The notes under the pieces: generated by a model
Told to the model about the DNA's origin: nothing
What the model saw: the letters and a program-made list of their open reading frames with translations, nothing else
Databases searched by the model: none
Assembly: GCA_964438265.1 (NCBI GenBank)
Contig: CAYTKB010000002.1
Location: 1 to 34,121, forward strand
DNA from: an uncultured Acetomicrobium sp.
Lineage (GTDB): Bacteria > Synergistota > Synergistia > Synergistales > Thermosynergistaceae
Reading direction: 5' to 3'
Length of the DNA stretch: 34,121 nucleotides
Translations under genes and position numbers: made by a program
Part shown: piece by piece, positions 1-8,952 of the stretch
Numbering within the stretch: the stretch's first letter is position 1
Layout of the letters: every line of letters begins with the position of its first letter

Positions 1-210
1 GTGGATGTAGCCGCAGACGAAGTCCGGCCGGTAACTGTCGATGACGGCTTCGAGCAGAGGTTTTACCTCAGATTTGTGCCCAAGCCGGATGGCGTTCTCG
101 TCAAACTGGATGAGTGTTCTCAGGCATTTAGGACTCCAGCGGCTAAGGCAGCGCTTGCCGCTATTGCGGAGGTGAAAATACAGTGCGCGGATGGCCGCTC
201 TATCCCATAG
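1..210 (+). CDS. 3' end of a hypothetical protein (truncated by window edge)
   Basis: Open frame from base 1 to TAG at 208-210, co-directional with and overlapping the next gene; no recognisable motif. Confidence 0.55.
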   Translation: MDVAADEVRPVTVDDGFEQRFYLRFVPKPDGVLVKLDECSQAFRTPAAKAALAAIAEVKIQCADGRSIP

Positions 211-623
211 GTCACGTGGAAAACACGGTCACAAAGAGGATGGATCCCGATCGCTTTATCGGAGTGCGGTCAAAGATAGTGGTGGACGAAGCGTATGCCA
301 AAGGGCTTGAAGGGCTTGAAGCCGGCATGGAGCTTTTGGTCCTTTTTGCCTTTCATCTCTCCGCTGGGGCGCCGTTGATGGTGCACCCTCGAGGCGACAC
401 CAATAGAAAGAAGCGCGGAGTTTTTGCGACCTGCTCGCCTAACAGGCCTAACGGCATAGGCACGGGCCGTTGTAAGCTTTTGGGGCGCGACGGCAACATC
501 TTGGTCGTGGAGGACTTAGAGGCCATGAACGGATCGCCCGTGATAGACATTAAGCCCCTCGATTGCGTGCGCCCGTTGCGAGAGGGGATAAGCGAAGCGC
601 GCACCTCGAGCCAGAGCGCATGA
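183..623 (+). CDS. trmO: tRNA (t6A37)-N6-methyltransferase TrmO/TsaA (YaeB family), single-domain form
   Basis: Motifs PIGHV, GVFATCSPNRPNGIG and LEAMNGSPVIDIKP; SD GGAGG upstream of GTG 183. Confidence 0.9.
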   Translation: MRGWPLYPIGHVENTVTKRMDPDRFIGVRSKIVVDEAYAKGLEGLEAGMELLVLFAFHLSAGAPLMVHPRGDTNRKKRGVFATCSPNRPNGIGTGRCKLLGRDGNILVVEDLEAMNGSPVIDIKPLDCVRPLREGISEARTSSQSA

Positions 624-1123
624 AAGACGTAAGACCTACTACGTCCATCGTGATAGAAGCGATTTTTAACATATTGGGCCCGCTTTCTGAGGTTGCCTTT
701 TTAGACCTCTTCGCCGGGACCGGGCGTGTGGCGCTCGAGGCGTGGAGTAGAGGAGCGAGGCCCGTCGTGGCCGTGGAGCTCTTGAGGCGGCGGTGCGAGG
801 TTGTGAAAAAGGCCGGCGTAAAACCGGAAGAGGGGCTCGTTTTGCTCTTTATGGACGTCCGACGGGCGATTCGATGGCTGGACAAGAGAGGGTATTCCTT
901 CGGTGTAATCTTTGCCGATCCGCCTTACGATTCATCTTGGGCTATCGAGACGCTTGAACTGCTCGCGTCGAAAAGAGGTCTCGTCCGCCCCGGCGGCGTT
1001 ATAATGTTGGAGAGGTCGAGTAGGGAGACAATGGACGGCATACCCGAATGCCTTCAGCTTGTCGACGAGAGGCGATATGGCGATACCGTCCTTTCGACGT
1101 TTAGATTCGTCGAGGGGGATTGA
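620..1123 (+). CDS. rsmD: 16S rRNA (guanine966-N2)-methyltransferase RsmD
   Basis: VRPT..EAIFNIL, LDLFAGTG, EAWSRGA, FADPPY, RRYGDT; start placed at the ATGA overlap with the trmO stop; adjacent to coaD as usual. Confidence 0.88.
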   Translation: MKDVRPTTSIVIEAIFNILGPLSEVAFLDLFAGTGRVALEAWSRGARPVVAVELLRRRCEVVKKAGVKPEEGLVLLFMDVRRAIRWLDKRGYSFGVIFADPPYDSSWAIETLELLASKRGLVRPGGVIMLERSSRETMDGIPECLQLVDERRYGDTVLSTFRFVEGD

Positions 1124-1124
1124 T

Positions 1125-1607
1125 TTGGTAAAGGCGGTCTATCCCGGATCTTTCGATCCCATAACGAATGGGCACGTTTATATAGCAGAGAGAGCTGCCT
1201 CTCTCTTCGATGAGCTCGTCGTGGCCATCCTCGTAAACCTGCAAAAGAAGGCCACCTTCACCGTCGATGAGCGCTCCTCCATGGCGCGCGAGGCTCTTAT
1301 CCATCTGCCCAACGTAAAGGTCAAGGCTTTCGACGGGCTCCTCGTCGACTTCATGCGCCAAGAAAGAAGCCGCGCCATCATCAGGGGGTTGCGGGCCCTT
1401 TCGGACTTCGAATACGAATTCCAGCTGGCTCAGATGAACCGGGAGCTCGCTCCGGAGATCGAGACGCTCTTCATAGTGACGGAAGCCAGATATTCATACC
1501 TTTCGAGCAGCGTCGTAAAAGAAGTCTTCAGCTTCGGCGGCGCTATCCAAGACATGGTGCCGCCTGGCGTATACAGGCGGCTGCGCGAGAGGTTCCCTCG
1601 TTTTTAG
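1125..1607 (+). CDS. coaD: Phosphopantetheine adenylyltransferase
   Basis: YPGSFDPITNGH, IIRGLRALSDFEYE, YLSSSVVKE; TTG at 1125 after SD GAGGGGG. Confidence 0.96.
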   Translation: MVKAVYPGSFDPITNGHVYIAERAASLFDELVVAILVNLQKKATFTVDERSSMAREALIHLPNVKVKAFDGLLVDFMRQERSRAIIRGLRALSDFEYEFQLAQMNRELAPEIETLFIVTEARYSYLSSSVVKEVFSFGGAIQDMVPPGVYRRLRERFPRF

Positions 1608-2830
1608 TAGCCGTCTTGACGGTCTATAACGGGCGTGCTTTTCGTCTCGCGGCCAGGATCCGGGCTATCGACGAGGAGTTCCCACATTTCAGACGCCCGG
1701 CGCTCCAGGGCTAACATATCAGAGGCATAGCGGTTTTCGGGAAGCGATGCCCTGCTTATTACAGGGAGCGTGGCTGTCGAACGCATCTGTCTGAGGAGGG
1801 CTCTTCCGCAACCGTCAGCCCCTATAAGCCGTATGTAGGCAGGGCCTAAGCGTTGGTAAGCTCTGTTAGTCCAGTGATTCACCCCGAGGAGGATGTGGAT
1901 GAGGTGACGCTGCAATCGCCCCCTGGGGTAGCGCCGGCATGATAGGCTTGAAATCAGATCCTCGAAGCTGCGGCACCTCCACGCCTCCTTCGAGATGCGC
2001 TTTTCGAGCCCTTCTTTCATCTCGGCATATTCCTTCAACTCTGACGCTTCTGAGCGAATGATTACAGTCCGCACCATGCGCCACAACCTCTCCCAAGAAT
2101 AAAAAAGCCTTCCTTCGGCAGCGCATCGGCGCAGGATGGCCATGGTCGACGGAGGGACCGAATCAGAAACCTCGTCCCAATTGCCCTCCCATAGCGAGCG
2201 CCTTATGGCTGTAGCGCTGGCCGTGGGTCCTGGTTTTATGTCGTGGTAAGGGGCTCCGATGCGCTTAATAGGGACAACTTCAATGGGATAGCCCTTTTCC
2301 TTTATCCTTTTCATGTATGCGATGGCCAGGATGTTGTTCGATTGAGACATCACAGCGAATGCGCCGGGGAGGAGCAAATCCACAGCGCGAGCTTGAGATT
2401 CCACGAAGGAACGGCCTTGAGATAGCATTTGACGCAATGCATCCTTGAATGCCTGCGTCTCGTGAGTTAAAATATCTACGATCGCTTCAACCTTTGGATC
2501 TTTTGCGTTTTCCATTCCGAACGCTAAGTGGGAGACGATGCCTGTGGAAGCCAAGATGTCTATCGCTCCTGCCGCGAAGACGCCTGCGTTATGGCAGGAA
2601 AAGGCTGTGGGCAACTCCAGAACGAGATTAGCTCCAGAGGCGAGAGCCATGCGCGCTCGCTCCCACTTGTCTGCTATCGCCGGTTCGCCCCGCTGGACGA
2701 AGTGCGAAGAGAGCACTATGACCACCGCGTCCGCTTTTACGATCTCCCTTGCTCGGGAGAGATGAAAGGCATGGCCGTTATGGAGGGGGTTGTATTCCGC
2801 CACGATTCCTACCACGCGAGGGAAGTTCAT
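1604..2830 (-). CDS. tmcAL: tRNA(Met) cytidine acetate ligase (HIGH nucleotidyltransferase, YlbM family)
   Basis: GIVAEYNPLHNGH, FVQRGEPAI, LVLELP, SNNILAIAY, SATAIR; strong SD GAGGAGGAG on the minus strand. Confidence 0.9.
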   Translation of the reverse strand: MNFPRVVGIVAEYNPLHNGHAFHLSRAREIVKADAVVIVLSSHFVQRGEPAIADKWERARMALASGANLVLELPTAFSCHNAGVFAAGAIDILASTGIVSHLAFGMENAKDPKVEAIVDILTHETQAFKDALRQMLSQGRSFVESQARAVDLLLPGAFAVMSQSNNILAIAYMKRIKEKGYPIEVVPIKRIGAPYHDIKPGPTASATAIRRSLWEGNWDEVSDSVPPSTMAILRRCAAEGRLFYSWERLWRMVRTVIIRSEASELKEYAEMKEGLEKRISKEAWRCRSFEDLISSLSCRRYPRGRLQRHLIHILLGVNHWTNRAYQRLGPAYIRLIGADGCGRALLRQMRSTATLPVISRASLPENRYASDMLALERRASEMWELLVDSPDPGRETKSTPVIDRQDGY

Positions 2831-2917
2831 TCGGACTCCTCCTCTTCGATGAGCTCAAGTGACAGGAAACATTGTACCCTCCTTTGAGAATAACAAAAAG
2901 CTGGGAGGTCGTATCTC

Positions 2918-4123
2918 ATGAAGGTGTTGGTATTGAATTGCGGAAGTTCTTCCATCAAATATCAGGTCTTCGACATGCGGACAGAAGAGGTGTTGGCGAA
3001 GGGGCTCATCGAGCGCGTAGGCATAGAGGGGTCCAGGATCAAACACCAGAACATGAGGGCGGAGGAGCTCAAGCAGGATGTGAGTGTGCCAAACCATAAA
3101 GTCGGTGTCAAACTGCTGTTGGACCTGCTCGTAGACGAGACGCATGGCGTGCTGAAGAACCTAGACGAGATCGTAGCCGTAGGGCATCGCGTCGTCCACG
3201 GGGGAGAAGCCTTTGCGAGGTCGGTAATTGTGAACAAGGAGGTTTTGGACGCCGTGGAGGATTGCGTGCCTTTGGCACCTCTTCATAACCCGGCCAACCT
3301 CATGGGCATAAGGGCCATGATGGAAATCCTGCCGAATGTGCCGCAGGTGGCGGTATTCGATACGGCATTCCACCAAACGATGCCGCCTCACGCCTACATG
3401 TTCGGCCTGCCCTACCGCTACTACAAGGAACACAAGGTGAGGCGTTACGGCTTCCATGGCACCAGCCATTATTATGTGGCCAACAGGGCTGCCGAGATGC
3501 TCGGACGACCGGTGGAGGATTTGAAGATCGTCACATGTCATTTGGGCAATGGCAGTTCTCTGACGGCTGTTGACAGGGGCAAGTCAGTAGACACCTCTTT
3601 GGGCTTCGGCACTGTCCCGGGTGTCATTATGGGGACGAGGTCCGGCGATTTGGATCCTACCGCGATCCTGCACCTCATGGAGCAAGAAGGGCTCGACCCT
3701 AAAGCCATGAGCCATATCCTCCACAAGGAGAGCGGCCTTTTAGGCCTCACCGGCATAAGCAGCGATCTGAGAGACGTGGAAGCGGCAGCCGAGTCCAAAA
3801 ACGAACGGGCCGCCTTGGCCATTGAAATGCTGGCTTACGGGGTACGGAAATATATAGGGGCCTATGCGGCGGCGATGGGCGGGCTCGATGCGATCGTCTT
3901 CACGGCCGGCATAGGCGAGAACTCGGATGTTATACGCGCCAAGGCGTGCGAGGGCTTGGCCTTTTTGGGCGCCAAGCTGGATTCGAATAAAAACAAGGTG
4001 CGCGGAAAGGAAGCCTTTATCAGCACCGACGATTCAAGGGTGGCCATTCTGGTGGTTCCCACAAATGAAGAACTGGTGATAGCTCGCGACACCTGGGCTT
4101 TGGTATCCGACGCCGTTCGATAA
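2918..4123 (+). CDS. ackA: Acetate kinase
   Basis: LVLNCGSSSIKY, GHRVVHGG, APLHNP, FDTAFH, RRYGFHGTSH, CHLGNG, FTAGIGENS, PTNEE. Confidence 0.96.
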   Translation: MKVLVLNCGSSSIKYQVFDMRTEEVLAKGLIERVGIEGSRIKHQNMRAEELKQDVSVPNHKVGVKLLLDLLVDETHGVLKNLDEIVAVGHRVVHGGEAFARSVIVNKEVLDAVEDCVPLAPLHNPANLMGIRAMMEILPNVPQVAVFDTAFHQTMPPHAYMFGLPYRYYKEHKVRRYGFHGTSHYYVANRAAEMLGRPVEDLKIVTCHLGNGSSLTAVDRGKSVDTSLGFGTVPGVIMGTRSGDLDPTAILHLMEQEGLDPKAMSHILHKESGLLGLTGISSDLRDVEAAAESKNERAALAIEMLAYGVRKYIGAYAAAMGGLDAIVFTAGIGENSDVIRAKACEGLAFLGAKLDSNKNKVRGKEAFISTDDSRVAILVVPTNEELVIARDTWALVSDAVR

Positions 4124-4152
4124 ATGTCGTTTATAAACGGGGGGATAGGGTC

Positions 4153-4521
4153 ACGATTTGCGGCATAGGCGTTGACATCTGCTCTATTTCCCGCATTGAG
4201 AGGGCGATGACAAAAGACGGTTTCCTTAAAAGAGCCTTTGTGCCTGAGGAGATCGAGTACGCTCGCCATAGACGCCGTCCCGCTGTGCATCTTGCGTCGG
4301 CCTTCGCAGCGCGCGAGGCGCTTGCCAAAGCTTCAGGCTTGGGCCTCGGCCATGTCGGCCTTCACGGGGCTTGGGTGAGGAGAGATGAGGTGGGCAGTCC
4401 TCGTATTTTCCTTTCGCCTGCTCTCGAAGAGGAGTTTGCCAAAAGGGGGATCCGTAAGATTTGGCTGAGCATGAGCCACGAGGGCGATTTTGCCGTCGCT
4501 ATGGTGGTATTGGAGGATTAG
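4153..4521 (+). CDS. acpS: Holo-[ACP] synthase, apparently starting at non-canonical ACG
   Basis: The frame upstream of ATG 4207 reads (ACG)-ICGIGVDICSISRI, the conserved AcpS N-terminal GIGxD motif; also FAAREALAKA and LSMSHEGDFAVAMV. Confidence 0.88.
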   Translation, partial: TICGIGVDICSISRIERAMTKDGFLKRAFVPEEIEYARHRRRPAVHLASAFAAREALAKASGLGLGHVGLHGAWVRRDEVGSPRIFLSPALEEEFAKRGIRKIWLSMSHEGDFAVAMVVLED

Positions 4522-4525
4522 GCGC

Positions 4526-6058
4526 ATGATCAAACTCTATAGCGCTGAAGCGACGAGGACTTGTGACGAGCAGGCCGCAAGTCGCCTTGGTTTTTTTGGC
4601 GCGGTGATGATGGAAAATGCCGGAAGGAACGCGACGGATACGCTTTTGGAGGAATTTCCCGGTATTGACGAGGTGTGCATTCTGGCTGGACCTGGGAATA
4701 ACGGCGGCGACGGATTCGTAATCGCGCGCCACCTCCTCGTTCGAGGCATACGTTCCACCGTTATCTTAGCTTTCCCAGAAGAGCGATCTAAAGGCGAGGC
4801 GGCGCTGAACCTCGCCGTAGCAAGGCGATGCGGGATTCCGATTTTCTCCTCTCGTGAAATGTCCGACGAGGCAATAAACGAGATCGTGTCCAGATCCGAC
4901 CTCGTAGTCGACGCCCTGCTGGGCACGGGGAGTTCCGGGCCCCCGAGGGGCGAGATTGGGCGATTGATACGTTTGTCGTCCAAAGCTAAGCGCGTAGCTG
5001 CCGTGGACATGCCGAGCGGCATAGATGCCTCTACGGGGGTTGTGATGGCTGAGGCGGTGCGGGCAGATCTCACGATTACCATGCTAATTCCAAAGGTGGG
5101 GCTTTTCGTGATGCCGGGGGCGGATTACGCAGGCGAGGTTGCAGTGGTAGATATAGGAGTTCCGCTCGAATCCTTGTCGCTGCCGGCTGCCGAGGTCAAT
5201 GCCATAGAGAGACTCGATGCTGCGCGCATGCTTCCTCCTCGTCCCATGAATATGCATAAGGGAGACAGGGGTTGTGTGGCGATAGTCGGCGGTTCATCCA
5301 TCTATAAAGGAGCTCCCCTGCTGGCCGCACTGGGCGCCCTCAGGGGCGGAGTGGGGATAGCGTTATTGGTGCTCCCAGAGGAGATTTCTACGCCGCTGGC
5401 TGCCGCGCTGCCGGAAGCCATCATCTTGCCTGCACCGTCTCGCGAGGGTGGTTTGGTTCAAGAGGCGTGGGAGGGTGTTATAGTTCCGTGGTCTAAGAGG
5501 ATAGATACTCTCGTAATAGGCCCCGGCATGGGACGCGGCGAAGGGGCGATGGCCTTGGTGAGGCGCATCTGGGATGAATGGCGAGGCCCGATGGTGGTCG
5601 ATGCCGATGCTCTGTATTGCTTGAGCCAATCCAGAGAGCTACATCGCAGAGACGACGTGATACTTACACCTCACGAGGGCGAAGCCGCGAGGTTGTTGGA
5701 CAGCGATGCGTCATCCGTTGGCAACGCCCGCCTTGCTGCGGTCAGGGCGCTCGCCGAGCGGTACGGGCCTGCACTGTTGAAGGGTCCTCGCACGTTGATT
5801 TGCGATGGCCGACAGACGGCGGTGATTTTAGAAGGGCACCAGGCGCTATCCGTTCCGGGGTCCGGTGACGTGTTGAGCGGTCTGGTCGGCGCTTTCATGG
5901 CAATGGGGCTTTCTCCTTATGAGGCCGGCATCGTCGGGGCTCACATCCACGGCAGGGTCGGAAATATTTTGTACGAAGAGGGTGGATTCGACGGCCACCT
6001 GGCCAGGGAGATAGCGGACCATATCCCCCGGGCCGTTGAGGAACTGCGCTGTGTATAA
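4526..6058 (+). CDS. nnr: Bifunctional NAD(P)H-hydrate epimerase/dehydratase
   Basis: MENAG, GPGNNGGDG, VDALLGTG, DMPSG, HKGDRG, GPGMG, VVDADAL, LTPHEGEA, GSGDVLSG; SD GGAGG before ATG 4526. Confidence 0.95.
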   Translation: MIKLYSAEATRTCDEQAASRLGFFGAVMMENAGRNATDTLLEEFPGIDEVCILAGPGNNGGDGFVIARHLLVRGIRSTVILAFPEERSKGEAALNLAVARRCGIPIFSSREMSDEAINEIVSRSDLVVDALLGTGSSGPPRGEIGRLIRLSSKAKRVAAVDMPSGIDASTGVVMAEAVRADLTITMLIPKVGLFVMPGADYAGEVAVVDIGVPLESLSLPAAEVNAIERLDAARMLPPRPMNMHKGDRGCVAIVGGSSIYKGAPLLAALGALRGGVGIALLVLPEEISTPLAAALPEAIILPAPSREGGLVQEAWEGVIVPWSKRIDTLVIGPGMGRGEGAMALVRRIWDEWRGPMVVDADALYCLSQSRELHRRDDVILTPHEGEAARLLDSDASSVGNARLAAVRALAERYGPALLKGPRTLICDGRQTAVILEGHQALSVPGSGDVLSGLVGAFMAMGLSPYEAGIVGAHIHGRVGNILYEEGGFDGHLAREIADHIPRAVEELRCV

Positions 6059-6284
6059 GCGTAGGCACAAGATCGATTGGGATGAGGAATTTAAAAAGAC
6101 TGCCCGCAGCCGTTTGAGGGGCGTCAAGGCTACGGCTGTAGCGTTTGTGGCTGTAATCCTGTTTTTGGCCGCTGTAAAGGTTACCCATAGAGAGCTTTCC
6201 ATGGACGGGATTTTTTTGGCATTGGGCGGGCTCGCTGCAGGTACATTTATACTCATTTTGTTGGGCAGAAGGAGCAGCAAATAA
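6051..6284 (+). CDS. Small membrane protein with two predicted TM helices
   Basis: GTG 6051 after GAGGA; two hydrophobic stretches; fills the nnr-tsaE gap; its stop overlaps the tsaE ATG (TAATG). Confidence 0.7.
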   Translation: MYKRRHKIDWDEEFKKTARSRLRGVKATAVAFVAVILFLAAVKVTHRELSMDGIFLALGGLAAGTFILILLGRRSSK

Positions 6285-6793
6285 TGGAGATAGCTCCCGA
6301 AGGGATGACGACTTTCCATTTCGTCTCGCGCTCCGAGGACGAGACGATTTTTATGGGCACGCACATCGGCGCAGCGCTGTATCCGGGATTGGCGGTGTTA
6401 TTGGAAGGGGAGCTCGGCACTGGCAAGACGACGTTAGTCCGCGGCATCGCGGAGAGTCTTGGCATTTCAGGCGTTCGGAGCCCGTCTTTTACGATAATCA
6501 ACGAATATGAAGGCAGAGAGCGCGTGGCTCACGTCGATCTCTTTCGCCTTAGTGCGGATGAGGTGGAAATGCTCGGGTTAGAGGAGTATCTCGACAGAGG
6601 GTATATTTTGCTCATAGAGTGGCCCGTACCCGTTCTGAAGGAACGCCTCTCGGAATATTGGAGTGTGACGATCGAGTTTCTCCCGCAGGAGGGCGAGTGC
6701 GCGAGGGAAATATCGATATACGCCTGTGGCGAGAGGGCCTGTGAAGCCCTAAAAGACACTTGCGAGTGCCTTTATGAGGCGATGAAACGATAA
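6284..6793 (+). CDS. tsaE: t6A biosynthesis ATPase TsaE
   Basis: GELGTGKTT, VRSPSFTIINEY, HVDLFRL, LIEWP. Confidence 0.95.
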   Translation: MEIAPEGMTTFHFVSRSEDETIFMGTHIGAALYPGLAVLLEGELGTGKTTLVRGIAESLGISGVRSPSFTIINEYEGRERVAHVDLFRLSADEVEMLGLEEYLDRGYILLIEWPVPVLKERLSEYWSVTIEFLPQEGECAREISIYACGERACEALKDTCECLYEAMKR

Positions 6794-7464
6794 TGGCGTT
6801 AGTGCTTGGCATAGATTGTTCTACCCTATGGACTTGCGTGGGCTGCGTTCAAGATGGCCATCTTTTGGGCGAGATCAATGTGGATCTGGGCAGGAAAGAG
6901 GCTTCCGTCCTTCCGTCGCTCGTTCAAAACCTCTTGAGATCGGTCAACAGGGGGTTTTTAGATGTAGATATGATATCCGTCACGACCGGCCCCGGATATT
7001 TCACGGGTCTCAGGGTCGGTGTGTCTTACGCTTGTGCGCTAGCGGAGGGGTTAGGCGTCTCTGTCGTCCCGGTCTCGTCACTCGAGGCCATGGCTTTTGA
7101 TCTTTTGGAGGAAGGAGCCCTAGTCGTCCCGGTAATTTGGGCCAGGGGGAAATATGTGTACGCCGCGGCTTACACCCTGAAGGAAGGGGAGGTGGAGGCT
7201 ATTATGTCTCCTGCCTCCCTATTGTTTGATACATTAGAAAAAAGTGCGAAAAATATTGATTGTAGTAAAAGAATCGCGTGGGTAGGGGATGATTTGGCGA
7301 GGTTTCCAGCGCCTGCAATCGGAGAGCGCCTCTTAAATCGTCACGGGTGCAGGGGAAGCAGTGTGGCGTTGATAGGAGAGAGGAGGCGAGACCTTGCACT
7401 CTCTCCTGACGCTGTGCGTATCTTTTACCTGAGGGAACCTCAAATTGGACCGACGAAAGAGTAG
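6793..7464 (+). CDS. tsaB: t6A biosynthesis protein TsaB
   Basis: LGIDCST, GPGYFTGLRVG, VSSLEAMA, C-terminal YLREP; coupled to tsaE. Confidence 0.93.
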   Translation: MALVLGIDCSTLWTCVGCVQDGHLLGEINVDLGRKEASVLPSLVQNLLRSVNRGFLDVDMISVTTGPGYFTGLRVGVSYACALAEGLGVSVVPVSSLEAMAFDLLEEGALVVPVIWARGKYVYAAAYTLKEGEVEAIMSPASLLFDTLEKSAKNIDCSKRIAWVGDDLARFPAPAIGERLLNRHGCRGSSVALIGERRRDLALSPDAVRIFYLREPQIGPTKE

Positions 7465-7527
7465 TAGCAATTATCGGTATTTATTGAAAAGTTTGCCAAA
7501 ATTTTATACAAGATCTATCATTGCCGC

Positions 7528-7556
7528 TTGATTTATACATTATCCCGTGGCATAAT
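7528..7556 (+). promoter_or_regulatory. Sigma70-type promoter of the oxidoreductase operon
   Basis: TTGATT-17 nt-CATAAT with an extended -10 TG, in an AT-rich intergenic region. Confidence 0.6.
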
Positions 7557-7608
7557 GTTGAAGATTGTGATTGCATGGGCAAATCTGGCGAGGGGGGAGA
7601 TGGAAAGC

Positions 7609-7815
7609 TTGGCGAGGAAGTTTTCTGTGACTATCAATACTGCCTGGTGTAAAGGGTGTGGCCTCTGTGTCGCGATCTGCCCCAAGTCCGTCTTGGAGCT
7701 TAACGAGCATATCAAGGCAGAGCCAGTGCGAATGGAAGATTGCATAGGATGTCACCAGTGTGACTATTCGTGTCCGGACCTGGCCATCACGGTGACAAAA
7801 GAGGGGGGCGATTGA
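7609..7815 (+). CDS. 2-oxoacid:ferredoxin oxidoreductase delta subunit (2x[4Fe-4S] ferredoxin)
   Basis: CKGCGLCVAICP and CIGCHQCDYSCP; start is TTG 7609 or ATG 7600 after AGGGGGGAG. Confidence 0.9.
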   Translation: MARKFSVTINTAWCKGCGLCVAICPKSVLELNEHIKAEPVRMEDCIGCHQCDYSCPDLAITVTKEGGD

Positions 7816-7818
7816 GAT

Positions 7819-8952
7819 ATGGCTGAGGTGGCATTTTGGCAAGGCAATAAGGCGATAGCGATGGGAGCTATAGCCGGCGGATGCACGTTTTTTAGCGGCT
7901 ATCCCATAACCCCGTCTTCGGAGATAGCTGAGACGTTGGCGGAAGAATTGCCGAAAATCGGCGGTCGGTTTATCCAGATGGAAGACGAAATCGGCGGCAT
8001 AGCTGCAGCCATAGGAGCGTCCATAGCCGGTCGCAAGGCCATGACAGCCACGTCTGGTCCCGGATTCTCGTTGAAACAGGAAAATTTGGGGTTGGCGTAT
8101 ATGGCCGAGATACCGCTCGTGGTGGTTGACATTATGAGAGGTGGTCCGTCTACGGGGCTGCCCACCAGGGTATCGCAACAAGATGTGATGCAGGCGAGAT
8201 GGGGGACTCACGGCGATCACGCTACTATAGCTTACGCTCCTTCGTCAGTGCAGGAGTGTTTCGAGCTGACAATAGCAGCTTTTAACGCGTCTGAGCGCTT
8301 CCGTCAACCCGTCATCATATTGGGCGATGAAGTTGTAGGGCATATGAGGGAAAAGATCGTCATCTCAGATGCCGGGTCATATCAGGTGGTAAACAGAAAG
8401 CGCCCAACTGCAAATCCGGATGACTTCGTGCCTTATAAGCCCGATCCGAGTGACGATGTTCCGCCGATGGCTTCCTTCGGAGACGGATATCGATGGCACG
8501 TAACCGGTCTCACTCACGATGAGTGGGGTTTCCCCACGGACGAGCCGAGCGAGATCGAAACCAAGATAAAGAGACTTGTGCACAAGGTCAACCGCTTCCG
8601 CAAGGATATCGTGCGGTACGAGGTTTTTTACGGGGAGGACGCAAAGATATTGATCGTTTCCTACGGCAGCGTGGCACGATCCTCCCTGAGGGCAGTGCGA
8701 GAAGCCAGGCAAAAAGGGCTCAAGGTCGGACACTTCAGACCTATAACGCTTTGGCCCTTCCCTGACGAGGAGCTTAAAGGGCTGGCGAGTCAAGTCGACG
8801 TCGTGATAGTGCCCGAACTGAACTGCGGTCAGATGCTCCTCGAAGTCGAAAGAGCCGTAAATGGAAAAGCTCCCGTCGTGGGCAAGAGCTTGGTAAACGG
8901 CGAACTCTTCCAGCCCTCGGATATACTTTCTGCCATCGAGGAGGTGGCTTAG
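7819..8952 (+). CDS. 2-oxoacid:ferredoxin oxidoreductase alpha subunit (KorA-like)
   Basis: GYPITPSSE, QMEDEI, TATSGPGFSL, MRGGPSTGLPT. Confidence 0.93.
   Translation: MAEVAFWQGNKAIAMGAIAGGCTFFSGYPITPSSEIAETLAEELPKIGGRFIQMEDEIGGIAAAIGASIAGRKAMTATSGPGFSLKQENLGLAYMAEIPLVVVDIMRGGPSTGLPTRVSQQDVMQARWGTHGDHATIAYAPSSVQECFELTIAAFNASERFRQPVIILGDEVVGHMREKIVISDAGSYQVVNRKRPTANPDDFVPYKPDPSDDVPPMASFGDGYRWHVTGLTHDEWGFPTDEPSEIETKIKRLVHKVNRFRKDIVRYEVFYGEDAKILIVSYGSVARSSLRAVREARQKGLKVGHFRPITLWPFPDEELKGLASQVDVVIVPELNCGQMLLEVERAVNGKAPVVGKSLVNGELFQPSDILSAIEEVA

Noticed and set aside
563-619. Longer upstream starts in the ORF track for rsmD (similarly coaD, nnr, pyrD, mlaF, purB).
   Set aside because: The extensions lack family similarity and overlap upstream genes; downstream starts have a better SD or stop-start coupling.
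7200-7275. AT-rich patch inside tsaB (similar patch in mlaD near 24900-24990).
   Set aside because: Short, in frame and in variable protein regions; no repeats or boundaries suggesting foreign DNA.
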